This document shows, piece after piece, positions 12,775 to 26,782 of a stretch of 64,000 bases of DNA (the first letter of the stretch is position 1; every line of letters starts with the position of its first letter). The notes under the pieces were generated by a model. It was given only the letters and a program-made list of their open reading frames with translations. It was not told where the DNA came from and made no database searches. This DNA comes from Paraspadella gotoi (taxonomy: Eukaryota; Animalia; Chaetognatha): the NCBI GenBank assembly GCA_051294375.1, contig CM119268.1, positions 11,300,605 through 11,364,604 on the forward strand, read 5' to 3'. Both the position numbers and the translations under genes were made by a program.

Positions 12775-13653
12775 CTACTAGTCGTTATCGATACAGGAAG
12801 TGGTTTAATCTTTCTTTTTAATTAAGTATCCCTAGGGAAAAAAAATAGAGCGTGGAAAATTTCTAACCCAGAGCTGAGAACTTATAAGTCACGAAACCAG
12901 TTTAAAAGAAATTTTTTCACTTGAAAAATATTGTCTAGACGGGATTCATCTCTTAATCTTTTCGAGGAAGACATGAAAAAGGGTTCCGCTTACAAACGGC
13001 GCATTTAGCGAAAAAAACAACTCTTTCCTATATGTTAGTCTGTATACTCAATATTAATTTAATTTGTACCATAATACAAATTGGCCGAACTAGGGATTGG
13101 TTAAAACATCATCATCCGATTCTAATTATAAAAAAGTACATTTTTTTGCGATATTTAAGAAAAAAATCATGTCCATTTTTGTCCATTTTCACTTTCGTCC
13201 TCGTTTGAATGCCAAGGAAAGTTGAGAAAAATTTTTTCCTTTGGAAATCCGTTCTTCCTTATCTTATTCACCTCTGAAATTGCTTAAATCATTTGAGTTT
13301 GCCTATGAATTAATTAAAATTGACAAGCTAAAAAAATTTCATTTTCAGTTTTTAATCATAATTTGTTTAAACAAAAATTGTTCAAATTGGTTTAAATTTA
13401 CAGAAAATAGCCTATTGAATAAGCTCTTTAAAACCTATAAATAATTAAAAACCTGCTTCGTTTAGCCACAAATAATTTTTAAAGACGGCATTTATTTGTG
13501 ACTTTTTGTGACTTGCGTTATTTTTAATAAAAAGAATATTTCAAACTGATTATTAGTTTTAAAAGATAATATAACATACTGACGTTGATTAATCAAAAAA
13601 AAAACCGCATCCTTTTAATCCAATGGAAAGCGTCAGGACTTGTTTTTTCTCAG

Positions 13654-13699
13654 AATCGACAGATTTTGCGGAAAATATTTTCCGCAAAATCTGTCGATT
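13654..13699. repeat. Perfect 46-bp spacerless palindrome
   Basis: aatcgacagattttgcggaaaat|attttccgcaaaatctgtcgatt. Confidence 0.95.
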
Positions 13700-16268
13700 T
13701 ACTAAATCGCTAGGCAACCAAACTTTGAATAAATCTTGCGCACCCAAAATTTTTTTACTAGTTAAATTTTAAACATTTTCATATAATTAACATAAAAATA
13801 TATAAGTGACCGGAGAAAAAGAGAAGAGGAGGGAAAGACAATGTGTGTGAAAAAGGAAGCTGATAGAGGGGGAGGGAGCGGATTGGAAGTATAAAAATGA
13901 GTAAGAGGAGATGTGAGAACAAGAAAGGAGAGAAAAGAAGAGATAGTAGGAAAAGAGAGACAGAATCGGAGAAAGAAGAAGAAAAGCTGAGATAAAGAAA
14001 GAAATAGTAAAGGAAAAAGAGACAAAAGAGAGGAAGAGAGAGGAAAGAGAAGAGAGGAGGATTAAAGGAAAGAAAGAGTGACAGAAAAGAAGGAAGAAAG
14101 AAGGAAAAAGAAAAAGAGAGTGTAAGAAACAAAAAGATTATGTGTCATCTTTTTCCTGAAGAGTCCTGTGAACCTAAATGACGTTAAAATTCTTATGAGC
14201 TATTTCATCGTTAAAAGTTGTTCTTACCATGAAAAATTGCCTGTACTTTTTTCTTAAATTAAGCAGATAACGAGATTTGATTGTTTGTCGCGAAAGAAAT
14301 CATGTCTTACCGTATTTTGAAGGCATAGAAATTCACCTAGTGTGCTCTACCTTACAAGTAAAAGATAACTATAGCCAACCGTTTTTTTAACTGAAGAATG
14401 TCCTATATTTATCAGCGAGATGAAAATAAATGACAATTATTCCAATTTCAAAATCATTGTCTAAAATACCCGAAGCGGGAGTAGAGCCAAAGGAAAGCCT
14501 CGAAATTATACCGTGATCCGGTTTCATACATTTTTACACTAAATTTTTTATTTTTTTATTTTTCGAAGGACATTCAAGCCGTACATTCCTTATCGCGCCA
14601 TTTATTTATCATTTTTTTAAATTTGTATATATATTTTCATTATTTATTTCTTCTGCTTACCTTCCCCGCTCATTCGCCGTTCCCTCGGGTTAATAATATT
14701 CCCGGTAAGGTTTTGATTTATTCGTCGTTGGGTCTCGGGGTGTTTACTGCGCGGCCACCGCCGGCCGTTTGGGTTGGGGGCGGTTCCGCCCACTCGGACC
14801 GGAAGGGAATGAGGTCGAAAGTCTAAAAAAGGGCCCAAGGATGTTTTTGATTCGGGAGACACCGGTCTCGGCCGACGACGCCGCGCCTTTTTATGCTCGG
14901 TGGTCATAGGGGTCAGGTGGTCGGACCGTAGAGGGCAGGGTTAGGGGTTGCAGGCGTGAGCGCAATATTGAACGATGACTATTACTTATTACAGATGTTC
15001 ATGAGACAGTTCATTTTTTTTTAATCTTGTCTACATTGGGTTTAGTTAATTTTTTTTTTATCGAAGTGGTACATAATAAATAAATATTTCTACAATACAA
15101 TTTAGAAAGAATCCGGAATAACATAAAAGGAAGCTTGGTTAAATAATAAATTTGAAGTTTACTCTTTTGTACTACAACGATTTTTATTCAAAAACACTTT
15201 TTAAAACACCAAAACACAACGAAACGAAAGGAATACCACATTATGAAGTTTACTCTTTACATTTTACTCGCGTTTCCTCGAGCTAGTAATAAAATAGCCA
15301 AATTCAGCGAGTGTTTCCCAAAACAAGAAGGAAATGGGTGTTAAGGGTGGCGCTTTCGATTTAAACGTTTACCGACAGTTTCGTCACCTGAAAACCCACA
15401 AAAGATTAAAATCCCTCGTGAGAAAAAGAAATTCAAGATGAGTCTGTCGTTAATTTGATAATGATCCTGCTGGTTTTTTACAACAAAAAATTTTCTCTGG
15501 AAAATTTTTTTAAATACTTGCGGTTTGCTGAATAATTCTTTTCTTTTTTTTTTATTTCAGTATGAAACTAAAATTGCTATTTAAGTTAAAGTTTTGAGCA
15601 AATATAAACATTCATTCAAATATTTGATTTTAGTAAAAAAATTATAGATTTGATTTCTCTTTATTCTCTTTTTTCTCTTTTTTTCTCTTTTTTTCTTTTT
15701 CATTCATTGAGTTTTGAAAGAAAAGGTTTTTTCTTTGAAGAAAACAAAAATTTCCGCGCATCGAATTCAAAGCGACAAAGCAGCAATATATATTAATATA
15801 TAATGCTATATATAATAATAATGTATATATATAATATCATATATTATACATTACATATTAATCTCTCGTGTAAGCTTGACAATTTTCATCCAGCAATAAC
15901 CACAATAAATATATTTCGACGTTTTTTAAACTTTTTCCTTGATCGGCAGCTTTTAGAAAATATAAAAACTCACGTTATCCTTTCTAATCTTCTGTAATTT
16001 GGTTCAAATATTATTCAAACGTCCGACGTTCGAAGACAGCTTTTGTCCATATAACCGACAATTCTGCCATCTCCTTCTAAACCCATAAAGGTATTCCGCA
16101 ATTGAATTTGAAGAGTGGATGTTGGAGTAGCTCAAGGATGAGAAGATGCGACGATGGTAGATTCGGAATCTTGATTCTGTCCGTTTTGGCATCTATTGTC
16201 TTCCGCTGAAATTCATATTCTTTTGAGCGGATTCTAGCTGTCAGAGACGCATTAGGAATTCCAACAGG

Positions 16269-16271
<3 letters not shown>

Positions 16272-16328
<57 letters not shown>
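16272..16328. repeat. (CT)n microsatellite
   Basis: Direct reading. Similar tracts occur at about 16966-17055, 26512-26567, 37014-37112, 46716-46755 and 52450-52555. Confidence 0.95.
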
Positions 16329-16330
<2 letters not shown>

Positions 16331-16764
16331 AGTTCCTGTCATCAATTCCGTTTAAGCCCGGTTTTATCTCTTGACTATCCCTTGAAATTTTATTATTTCA
16401 GGTTAATATTCGCTATAAAAGTTTTCCATTTGGTTTTATTCGTATTTTATGTTTTTTTACTTCTTTGCATTTTAATTGATTTGGCTCCACTTGTGAATAT
16501 TTAAGATATCAAATTTAAGGGACTGCAAGCGCCGCCTTCAGGAAATCCTTAAACTATAAAGAACAAGAGGCCTAATTCCTATGCAGTGTGTCTTATAAAT
16601 ACATGTAGTCAATGACTACTAGTCATGTCATGGCACGTCATGTTATGTTATGTCACATCATGTCATGGGACGAGAAATACACGTGATAAGGCAGTCACTG
16701 CGGCGCAACACATTTGAATTACCGTTCTTGTTTTCGTAATTTCTCTCTTTCCTTAAATCCTTTT

Positions 16765-16799
16765 TTTCTTTCTTTCTTTCTTTCCTTAAATCCTTTTTT

Positions 16800-16875
<76 letters not shown>

Positions 16876-16879
16876 TTTC
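16765..16879. repeat. (TTTC)n microsatellite
   Basis: Tetranucleotide run with a local duplication of ttccttaaatcctttttttc. Confidence 0.9.
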
Positions 16880-16996
16880 ATTGCTTCTAATAGAAAAAAA
16901 ATTTTCTAGTTTAACGAGTTTTTTTGTATTTTGAAGTCAGTTTTAAGTTGAAACGAAACCGAAAATCTCTCTCTCTCTTTTCTTTCTCTCCTCTCT

Positions 16997-17058
<62 letters not shown>

Positions 17059-17324
17059 CCCTCTCTGTCCTTCTCATGATTTTTCACATTCTTCATCGTC
17101 TGGAGTTCTTTCAACGTCACGGTTCGAAAAGTCCACACAAAAAAGCCAACAAATAATTAAATAAAAAAATTGAATGAAAGAAAAGAAGGCAAAAGTGGCG
17201 TTGGAGTCGGAATCTTGACACATTTTCGAGTTTAAAGCGTGAGCCCTCTCGCCCCCTTTCCCGTTCACCCGGATGTTGCCGGCTTTATTATACAAAAATC
17301 GGCTGTAGCTCTCGCCACGACCTC

Positions 17325-17332
17325 TGACGTCA
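17325..17332. promoter_or_regulatory. Full CRE palindrome TGACGTCA upstream of RAPGEF exon 1
   Basis: Exact motif in a CpG-rich patch about 1.2 kb upstream of the ATG; an 8-mer can occur by chance. Confidence 0.3.
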
Positions 17333-18508
17333 ACGCCCGAGGGTTGATTCTCTCGGGCCTTTCTCGACCACGAAGGATTGATGGCGTGAGGGAGAACGAG
17401 TGACGCCGAAAGAGTTAGTTGGAGAGCGACTGAGAGTGAAAGAGAGAGAGAGAAAGAAAGAGCACAAAGCCCTGTTTGTCAAATCTTTTATTGAAAAAAC
17501 TCATTTCTCATTATTTTAAAAAATATACCTAATTTTCCACCTCACAAAAATTGCCTTAAAAACTTGAAGCGCAGGAAAAAACAACGCAATTCCAATATCA
17601 ACGTGATTCCACGTCCCGTTGCGTTGATACCGAAAAAAAATCGTGTTCATTCTCGATTCCATCGCTTCTTCCTCCCTCCCTCTTCCTTTCCTCCACTCAA
17701 AAGCCTTACCCGCTCCTCATCCTCTCTCCCCCTCCTCCTCTTCTTCTCTTTGCCTCATCCTGTGAGTCAGAGAACTGAAACAGCTCTTCTTCTTCTTTCT
17801 CAATTTCCTTTCACGTTTGATTCTGCATTGACATTTCCGTCTCTCTCTCTCACTCTCCTCCACGCTCACGCGCGCGCGCCTTTGCACTTTTCCGATCTTC
17901 CATCTATCTCTCCTCTCCTCTCTGAGTCGCAAATTCGCTCGACTGTTTCTGTCTCTCTCTCTCTTTCTCCCTGACTCTCGTTCTATATATATCTTCCATC
18001 CTGCAAGTCTTGCTACCCAACTGACCTTCGATTTTTCAATTAAGGAAAGAATTTTTACCAAAAAAAAAGAGAGAAGAAAAAAGACCGAAAAATTCGCCTC
18101 GCGGGTCGAAAATTGTGGTTTTCATCGCCAGCAGAAAAAAAAAAAAAAAAAACTTTCGGTGATAAACAAAAACACGGATCTTCGACTAGAAACGAAATTG
18201 TTTTTTTTTTTCTGAACTGAAATCGTTCGGTTCTCGTTTCGCTAAAAAAAAAAAATTTATAAAAAAAAATTTATAAAAGGAATATTTAAAACTGGAAAAA
18301 GTTTAAATCGGCGTCGGCGCTCTTCTCATCGGTCAATTCTCCCTTTCTTCAAACTTGCTGTAATCAAACCTCCCCATCTTCGTGCATCACTCGCCTTCCC
18401 TTCTTCCCCTCCACCTCCATCTTCCGTTCCCATTTCCCCACCCCCCCCTGCGATGCGTGATCCTCATGGCTGACCCTTGGACGACTGAGCGCCGGGACAA
18501 GACGAACC

Positions 18509-21500
18509 ATGGAGTCGGCGGCGGCGTCGACGGCGGTGGCGACGGCGGTGGCGACGGTATCGACCCGGAGGCATTCGTCCAAACTGATCAACGCGGAGTT
18601 GCGGAAGAGCCTGATCAAAGGTGAGGGAACTGGTTCGGAAGAAGGGTCAGAGAAAGGTTTGACTTTTTAAAATCGCGGAGTGTGGGAATTCTAATTTGGC
18701 ATAATTTTACTTTCGCCGACCAGGGTTAGGGTTAAGGGTGGTTTAGGGGTGGGTTCACACTTTAAGTATGGCAATACATGATTACGTACCAGGTGACCCG
18801 TCACTAGCACGTTCACTATTTTCAAATTAAGTCCGGCGTGATTGGGTTTCCTGGTTCCCCTTCAGTCCCCGATTATTTCGATTATAGGTTTTTCGGCGAT
18901 CCCGGAGTTGAATACGCTCTGGACGTTTATGGGAAAACCTAAATATATAATATAAATAATAAATATTAAAAAATTATGATATCTGAATTCCTTTATTTTT
19001 TTTGGATAAATTATCCTCTTCCATTACGTTTTTTTCGTTCTTATTCTTTTTCCGTTAATTCTTTAAGAAAAACCTTATTCTTCATTTTCCATATGCTTCC
19101 TGAGCCTCCATTGATCTCCAGGAATGCCGTAAGTTTTTTGTCGATATTCCTAATTGCCTTTTCATTTCTCTCTCATATCATTCCTGTTCCCATTTCCCGG
19201 TTTTTCCCCTTCAAAAATGGAGGGAAAAAAAGTTCGGAAAACTACGGACGCGGACCGAAGTGAAAATGGGAGACGAGACCCTGATATGGAAGGGAGGGGC
19301 TCGAAGATCAGTCAAGCAAAAAATAGGAAGTAAACGAAAAAGTAAACAGAAACGATTTGTCTGTATTTTTCCCCCTTTTTTTCCCCCTTCCCAGTCGTAG
19401 AGCATTCAGGTGTTTTAAGACTTTGGGAGACTAATGGTTTAGGTTGAAGCTTCTTTCTGTACTCTAGTCTTTACTCTTTTAACTTTTTCACTCTAGAGTT
19501 TTGATGTTTGTATTTAAAAAATCTGAAAAAATTAAACCAAATAAAATTAGGAATAAGGCCGAAGACCCTACTCATTGGGATCTAAAAGAAACGGATCATT
19601 TATCCTCTTCATTAAAAATATAAGATAAAAAGAAAAAAAATCGTCCTTATTTATCGTTCGCGCAAAAAAAGGGCCACGACAACAAATCTTTCGTCTAATG
19701 GGGAAAATCATTTTATAAATTAATGCTCATCTTTTTTAGTAGAGAGAGAAAGGGGAGTTGGTGACGGTGTCGAGTGCAACGATGAGAGAAAATAAAAGTT
19801 CCGGGTCTGTTCACTGACTGGAAGCGTGAAAAAAATAAAATCCATGAATAGGAAGATAATGAGAAGGGGGGGGGGGCTCCAGTGTGAGCTTGGTCTCAGC
19901 CGGAGGACGGGGCCCCTCGTTCAATGATTAAACACAATTGTAGATAATCACGACGCCCCTCCCGACTCAGCCCTTTTTTTTTTTTTTTTTGCTCTTGGCT
20001 CAATTTATCATCGGAATGTTTGGCGGTTGCGATTTTTTTTTATTGTCGTATTTTATCGCTTTTCGTAGTTTATCGTCGCGATAGAAGGGGACGACAAATC
20101 GCTTGAATCATAGCGGTTTGTTTGGTGCCGAAGAATGAGGATGTTTCGCGCCACTGAACAAAAGAGTTTTGTGGAAGAGGAAATTGGTGACTTTTTTGGC
20201 ACCGGACCAGAATCCTAGGAAATAAATTTTGATCAATATTTAAGATTTACTGTTTTTTACTCTGCTTAGGAAAGGGTGCAAAATGCTACATAATATCTTG
20301 GGTTTTTTTAATTTTTTAAAAATATAATTGATAAGACTAAAAGAAAATTCTTTAAAACTTTCATTTATTCACGATATATCAGTTTTATCAACGATATTTA
20401 ACAATGAACATTCACAATGAAATGAAATTCAGCTAGAGAAATCTAGCGATCGACATTCTACAATAGCATTTAAGTTTTCAAAAAAGGCAATTTATTTCCA
20501 GATCCCGCAGGCCGTAATGAAGGTGACATCAACACAATTTTTTCTTATCTCCACGGAATCGATTCTTTGGCATCAGTTCGAGAAAATACCCTTAAAGCTC
20601 TTTGCACCACGGTAAGTTTATTAAAAGATGTTTTAAAACTAATTTTTTTAACCGCCAAGAGTTATATGACGCACTATTTGACTTATCTCGTCGTTTTTGA
20701 CAGCCATTAGTATTAATTTGATAAAAACACGCCGAAGATTTCCTGGGAACACTCAAGTTTGTCATGAAAAATTCTCCTAATATTGAGTATTATTCAATTT
20801 TAACGACACGTTCCATAACCTTTAATCTAATAGTAATGCAAAATAGGTTATAATGGGTCATCATTAATCTGGAATTTATAAATAGTAATTGAATTTTTTG
20901 GTGTCGAATGTTTTTTTTTTCTTTCTTAAACTTGTTCGGATCATTTTAAACCTCTCAAATCTGCGGGTTGAAATTTGATCTTGTTTGCGTTTATTAAATA
21001 TCATCGACATGTTAAATTCAGCTTCGCGTTTTTGTTAAGGTTTTTGTTAACGACAGCTGGCTCTAATAAAGAAAAGTGGTATTGTCTAATACTAGTGATG
21101 ATCGGTTATATATTTAAGACCTTACTTTCGCGACTATACAGGGGTGGGACCCAATATCGAGACAAAACTTAACGTCCTGCCCTGTCAGAACGACTTGATA
21201 CACAATCAGAAAATGAGTGGAAAAAGTTTTTTTGGGGCTTTTTACTTGCTGCATCAAAAAAAGCATAATATCAAAGAATTTAATAAATATAATAAAATAA
21301 TATATCGTCTAAAAGCTAAGAGAGAGTGCTATACGAATATTTATTCAGATTTTAAAAATCATTAAGAGCTTTAGAGTAATGATTATTTTCAATTTTGTCT
21401 CGATATAGGGTCTCTCCTCTGTACGGTATACCTACTCGTTATTTTGACGCCCCCTTAGAATGCCACTGTTATAGGTTTTAAAAAAAAATGTGACGCATTA

Positions 21501-24500
21501 AATTTCTCTCAACCTTTCATAATGACGGCCCCAGGTGCGATACGGTTGCCGCGACGCCAACGACATCCTCTACTCGAAAGGAGAACTCAGCACCTGTTGG
21601 TACATCTTAGTTACAGGTTCAGTTTTCATCGATGGCTCCATGTACCTACCTCGGTGAGTTTAAGTATAAAAATTAGGTTACCGATTTAAAATTGAATGGG
21701 CGCTCATTTTGTGTTACTCGTTAGAATCGATTTAAAAAGATTGGCGTTTATCAAATTTGTGATGATTGTAACCAAAACTTGGAATAATGATTGTGCCTCG
21801 CTACCTAAAATCACTAGCCGTAATACAGACACTTTCACTATCAATATCATGCTGAAATTTTTAGGTGTGCTCAGTTTCTACCTCAACCCCAGGCAGAACG
21901 GGGATAAAAAGATTGTAGAAACCAACTATTGTTTGGTTCGAAATGCAGCGCACTTATCAAGCACCAAACGTAATTTTGCAAATAATAATAACAACTGCAG
22001 AATCACTTTGTCCTTCCCTACTTAAATTTTAGTTCGAGCGTCGTTGCCGTTTCGCGAAATATCGCTGATTTTATCGTCTGATATTTTAGAGTTGTCTCAT
22101 AAAACGTCACGAATTGTTTCAATATTAATAGTCATAAATCTGTTAAATGAAGCTGAGGCTTTAATGAAGCTTCGCTTGTCACAACTTTTTTTTCACATTC
22201 CATCCTTCCTCTTTTTTTAACGAAATATATCGACATTGCTTTCGCAACTCGAGGTCAAGTCGGGATTAATAGCCTTTTTTTTCTCTCTCGTGTTAGTCTT
22301 CCTTCGGTTTAGTGCGCTTGATGGAGCATGAAATAACATTAAGTAATAAGTTGGTTGTTTTAAACAACAGTTTTGGAATGTTTAGTTTATGGCGACGTGA
22401 ATAGCAAATGAAGGGAGATAGGAATTATACGAATTACATTTAATAATGAACAATGGCAAAGAAATCATAAATTAATTCCGTGTGCATTGGCACGCTATAT
22501 TTAAACCGCTTAAACCCTGTCCTTCTTTTACTTAATGGATTACAATTCCTCGAACCTTTAAACCTCCCCAAAGTGCGGCACTCCCTTGGCATTCTGGTTT
22601 CTAATACAAACTTGGTTTTTGGAGGTCAATCGAAATAAGGTTAGGATTTTTATATCGTTGTTTACATTTTCGGCGATTTTGTTATCAAAAGGAAATTACC
22701 ACTCGTTGTTCTTTTTTTCTGTGCGAAAATTATACAAAATTTTCATGAGTCTCTTCATTCTTCTCATCCGGACGCCACCTACCTGGATCCAGCGTAATGG
22801 AATTTTCTAAATTGTTTCACCAGGAAATAAAATTTTCATGCATTAGCGGATATAACGGTCTTAAAACTTTATTTCACGAGATTGCCCATTCCCTCGCCGT
22901 TTCAAAGTAAACGAGCCTCTGCGCTATTCTCTGCCATCGCTGTGAATACAGTATTGAACGTTTTTCAAGGCCGCCCCGTTTCGAGGCTGATTAATCTCCC
23001 TTCTCTCACAAGACGGGTCGTTAGCCGAAATTCGGGCCTCGAGATGGCGAAACGAGGCCTTCCTTTTTGTTTTTTCCCTCTCGATATAGTAGTTGGAGGA
23101 AAATCATTTTGTCTCTCGCTCTTTTTTTTTTCTCTCTCTCTCTCTCTAGCTCTCTATTGTTTTCGAATTTAATCTACCTTCCTCTTTTCCATCCCTATCT
23201 TCGTCCGTCTTTCCGCCTGACTGTCTCTGTTCCCTCGCGTTTGTTTAGATCTCCTTTCTCCAACCAGCTTTTCCTCCCTTAAAAAAAAACCACATTAAAT
23301 TGGAAAACTCGGTTTATTAGGTTAGGCTTTCGAAGCGGGCTGGAAAGCGGGGCAATGAGTGGGAGGCGCGGTAACTGGAAACTCGGAGCATCGAGCGGGA
23401 TGCTCTTCCCTTTTCCCGCCCATCACCTTCCCTGTCATTCTCTGGAGAATTGTGTAGGCGAGGTGTGGGGCCGAGGGGGGGGGTGGAGAAAGGGGCGCTC
23501 CACCTGTTTTAAAATGCTCTTTAGCATTTAAGCACTAGGTTTTCTAAATTTTTTCTTGTTCATATGCTTTGTCTCATCCCCTTTCCATTTTCTTATCCTT
23601 TTTTTTTACCTTTTCTACCCCTATTTCATCATTACAAATTATGACCGTTTCCTCTCTCTAGATCTGGCTTCCTTTTGCCCATCACCCCTTTCCCTCTTCC
23701 CCATCACTCCTCCTTCTTCCATCACTTTCTTTCCGGTCGCATCCGTCAGCTCGCCAAGGAAGGAGGGAAGGGAAAGGTTTTCCTGTCTCCGAGGCCGTTT
23801 CTATATCATCAATCTCCAGTTTTTCCTTTCGCTCTCTTTCTCCTCTCTCGCTGCTCTTTTGTTCCAAGCTTTTCTCTCTCATCTCTCGGCGTCTCAAGCT
23901 CTTTAAATAAGAGCCAAACTTCGTCAATGGGTGGGTCAGAAGTTTGATTTGGGAACCTTTCCAAATGAAACTTCATACATTTCTGAGAAACTTTCAATGA
24001 GCAAAAATTTCTAAAATGGCAAGAAGCATTAGTAATTAATTTTTTAATATTTATTTATAGATAGGAAATGTGAAAAAATTTTTTTTTGAATTTTTTAATT
24101 TTTAAAAGAGATTCAAATAGCTTATGAAAAGTTTATCTACACAAAGTATAATTCTTTTTTCAATATTTTTGATGATAAGTGGGTTTAAATGAGAAAAACC
24201 TTAAAAAAAAATCATCATCATCATCATACCAATGATTTTAGCAGTTTTTACTAATTTTAGTAATAAAACATCAAAATTTTAAAAAGTTGTAATTATATTT
24301 TTTGCTTAACTTTTTAAGCTCTATCAGATCAATTAAAAAAACTTAAAATATCCAAAAAAAATTTTTGACATTATATAGCAATATAATATATATAATTAGC
24401 GAATTACTCATGGTTCGAACATTTTTGTAAAAAAATATTTTAACACAATAATTATATACCAATAATGGATTAGTTTAATGCTGTTCCGCATTAAAATTTG

Positions 24501-26507
24501 AATTTGGTCGGCTACCGCTACTTTAAAGCCGTATTCTGAAAGGAACCGCAAAAAGATTGCGCCGAAATACAATCGGAAATACAATCGGTATTTTAATTAA
24601 AGTTATGTCAAAGAAATACAAGAACTAAAATCCTTTCGAATTAAAATAAAGAATAAAAGGGACGTCGTGGTCATCGTCATCCTCTCCGACCACAAATCCC
24701 GTCCTCTCTCTAATTGGCAAACATTTTCTTTTCCGCGTAACGACGACGACTTTGCTGGCGGGTCACGTGATATCGATCACGTGAGATTAAACAATCGCGG
24801 GACAAAAAGTCTACGTTCGGAAACCCTCTTGCGANNNNNNNNNNNNNNNNNNNNNNNNNNNNNNNNNNNNNNNNNNNNNNNNNNNNNNNNNNNNNNNNNN
24901 NNNNNNNNNNNNNNNNNNNNNNNNNNNNNNNNNNCCAATTAAATTGGAAAACTCGGTTTTATTAGGTTAGGCTTTCGAAGCGGGCTGGAGAGCGGGGCAA
25001 TGAGTGGGAGGCGCGGTAACTGGAAACTCGGAGCATCGAGCGGGATGCTCTTCCCTCTTCCCGCCCATCACCTTCCCTGTCATTCCCTGGAGAATTGTGT
25101 AGCGAGGTGTGGGGCCGAGGGGGGGGGTGGAGAAAGGGGCGCTTCCACCTGTTTTAAAATGCTCTTTAGCATTTAAGCACTAGGTTTTCTAAATTTTTTC
25201 TTGTTCATATGCTTTGTCTCATCCCCTTTCTTCATTTTCTTATCCGATTTTTTTTTTACCTTTTCTACCCCTATTTCATCATTACAAATTATGACCGTTT
25301 CCTCTCTCTAGATCTGGCTTCCTTTTGCCCATCACCCCTTTCCCTCTTCCCCATCACTCCCCTCCTTCTTCCCCATCACTTTCTTTCCGGTCGCATCCGT
25401 CAGCTCGCCAAGGAAGGAGGGAAGGGAAAGGTTTTCCTGTCTCCGAGGCCGTTTCTATATCATCAATCTCCAGTTTTTCTTTTCGCTCTCTTTTCCTCTC
25501 TCGCTGCTCTTTTGTTCCAAGCTTTTCTCTCTCATCTCTCGGCGTCTCAAGCTCTTTAAATAATGCCAACTTGTCAAGGGGGTGGCGAGTTATTGGAACC
25601 TTCCAATACTATACTTTCTGAGAAGAGTTCAAAATGCAAATTTCTTAAAATTGGCAGAACATTAGTAATTAAATTCTTTCTAATATTCATTTATAGATAG
25701 AATCATGAAAATTTTTTTGAATTTTATTATTTAAAAGAGATTCAAATAGCTTATGAAAATTTATCATAACAAGTATAATTCTTTTTCACAATAATTTTTG
25801 ATGATAAGTGGTTAAATTGAAAAACTTAAAAAAATATCATCATCATCATCATCCAAGATTTTAGCAGTTTTAATAATTTTTAGTAATAAACATCAAAATT
25901 TTAAAAAATTGTAATTTATATTTTGCTTAACTTTTTAAGCTCATCAGAATCAATTAAAAAACTTAAAATATCCAAAAAAAATTTGACATTATAATAGCAA
26001 TATAATAAATAATTAGCGAATTACCATGGTTCGGACATTTTGTAAAAAATATTTTAACACAATAATTAATACCAATAATGGATAGTTTAATGCTGTTCCC
26101 ATTAAAATTCGAATTGGTCGGCTACCGATACTTAAAGCCGTATTCTGAAAGGAACCGCAAAAGATTGGGCGAAATACAATCGAAATACAATCGGTATTTT
26201 ATTAAAGTTATGTCAAAGAAATACAAGACTAAAATCCTTTCGAATTAAAATAAAGAATAAAAGGGACGTCGTGGTCATCGTCATCCTCTCCGACCACAAT
26301 CCGTCCCCTCTCTTCAATTGGCAAAACATTTTCTTTTCGCCGTAACGACGACGACTTTGCTGGCGGTCACGTGATATGATCACGTGAGATTAAACAATCG
26401 CGGGACAAAAGTCTACGTTCGAAACATGCGAGATACAACAGACGAAGACGACGACGACTTTTACGACGAAGATGACGATGACGAAAGGAAGGGAAGACTG
26501 GAGGCAC

Positions 26508-26570
<63 letters not shown>

Positions 26571-26740
26571 CGATCACTCTTTCGAGCAAAACACCGAACC
26601 AACACTTTTTTTTTACTTTTTCCCAAAAGTTTTTACTCTCGCCACCGTTTTTCTTCGTCCGAGGAAAAAAAAGGGCTTTTTTTCTCTTTTCTCTCGCCTT
26701 TCTCGGCTGTAAAGCGAAAAAAAAGGATCGTTTGAAAGCT

Positions 26741-26782
<42 letters not shown>

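Noticed and set aside
18722-18752. Interstitial telomeric repeat
   Set aside because: Only one or two exact TTAGGG units; too short to call.
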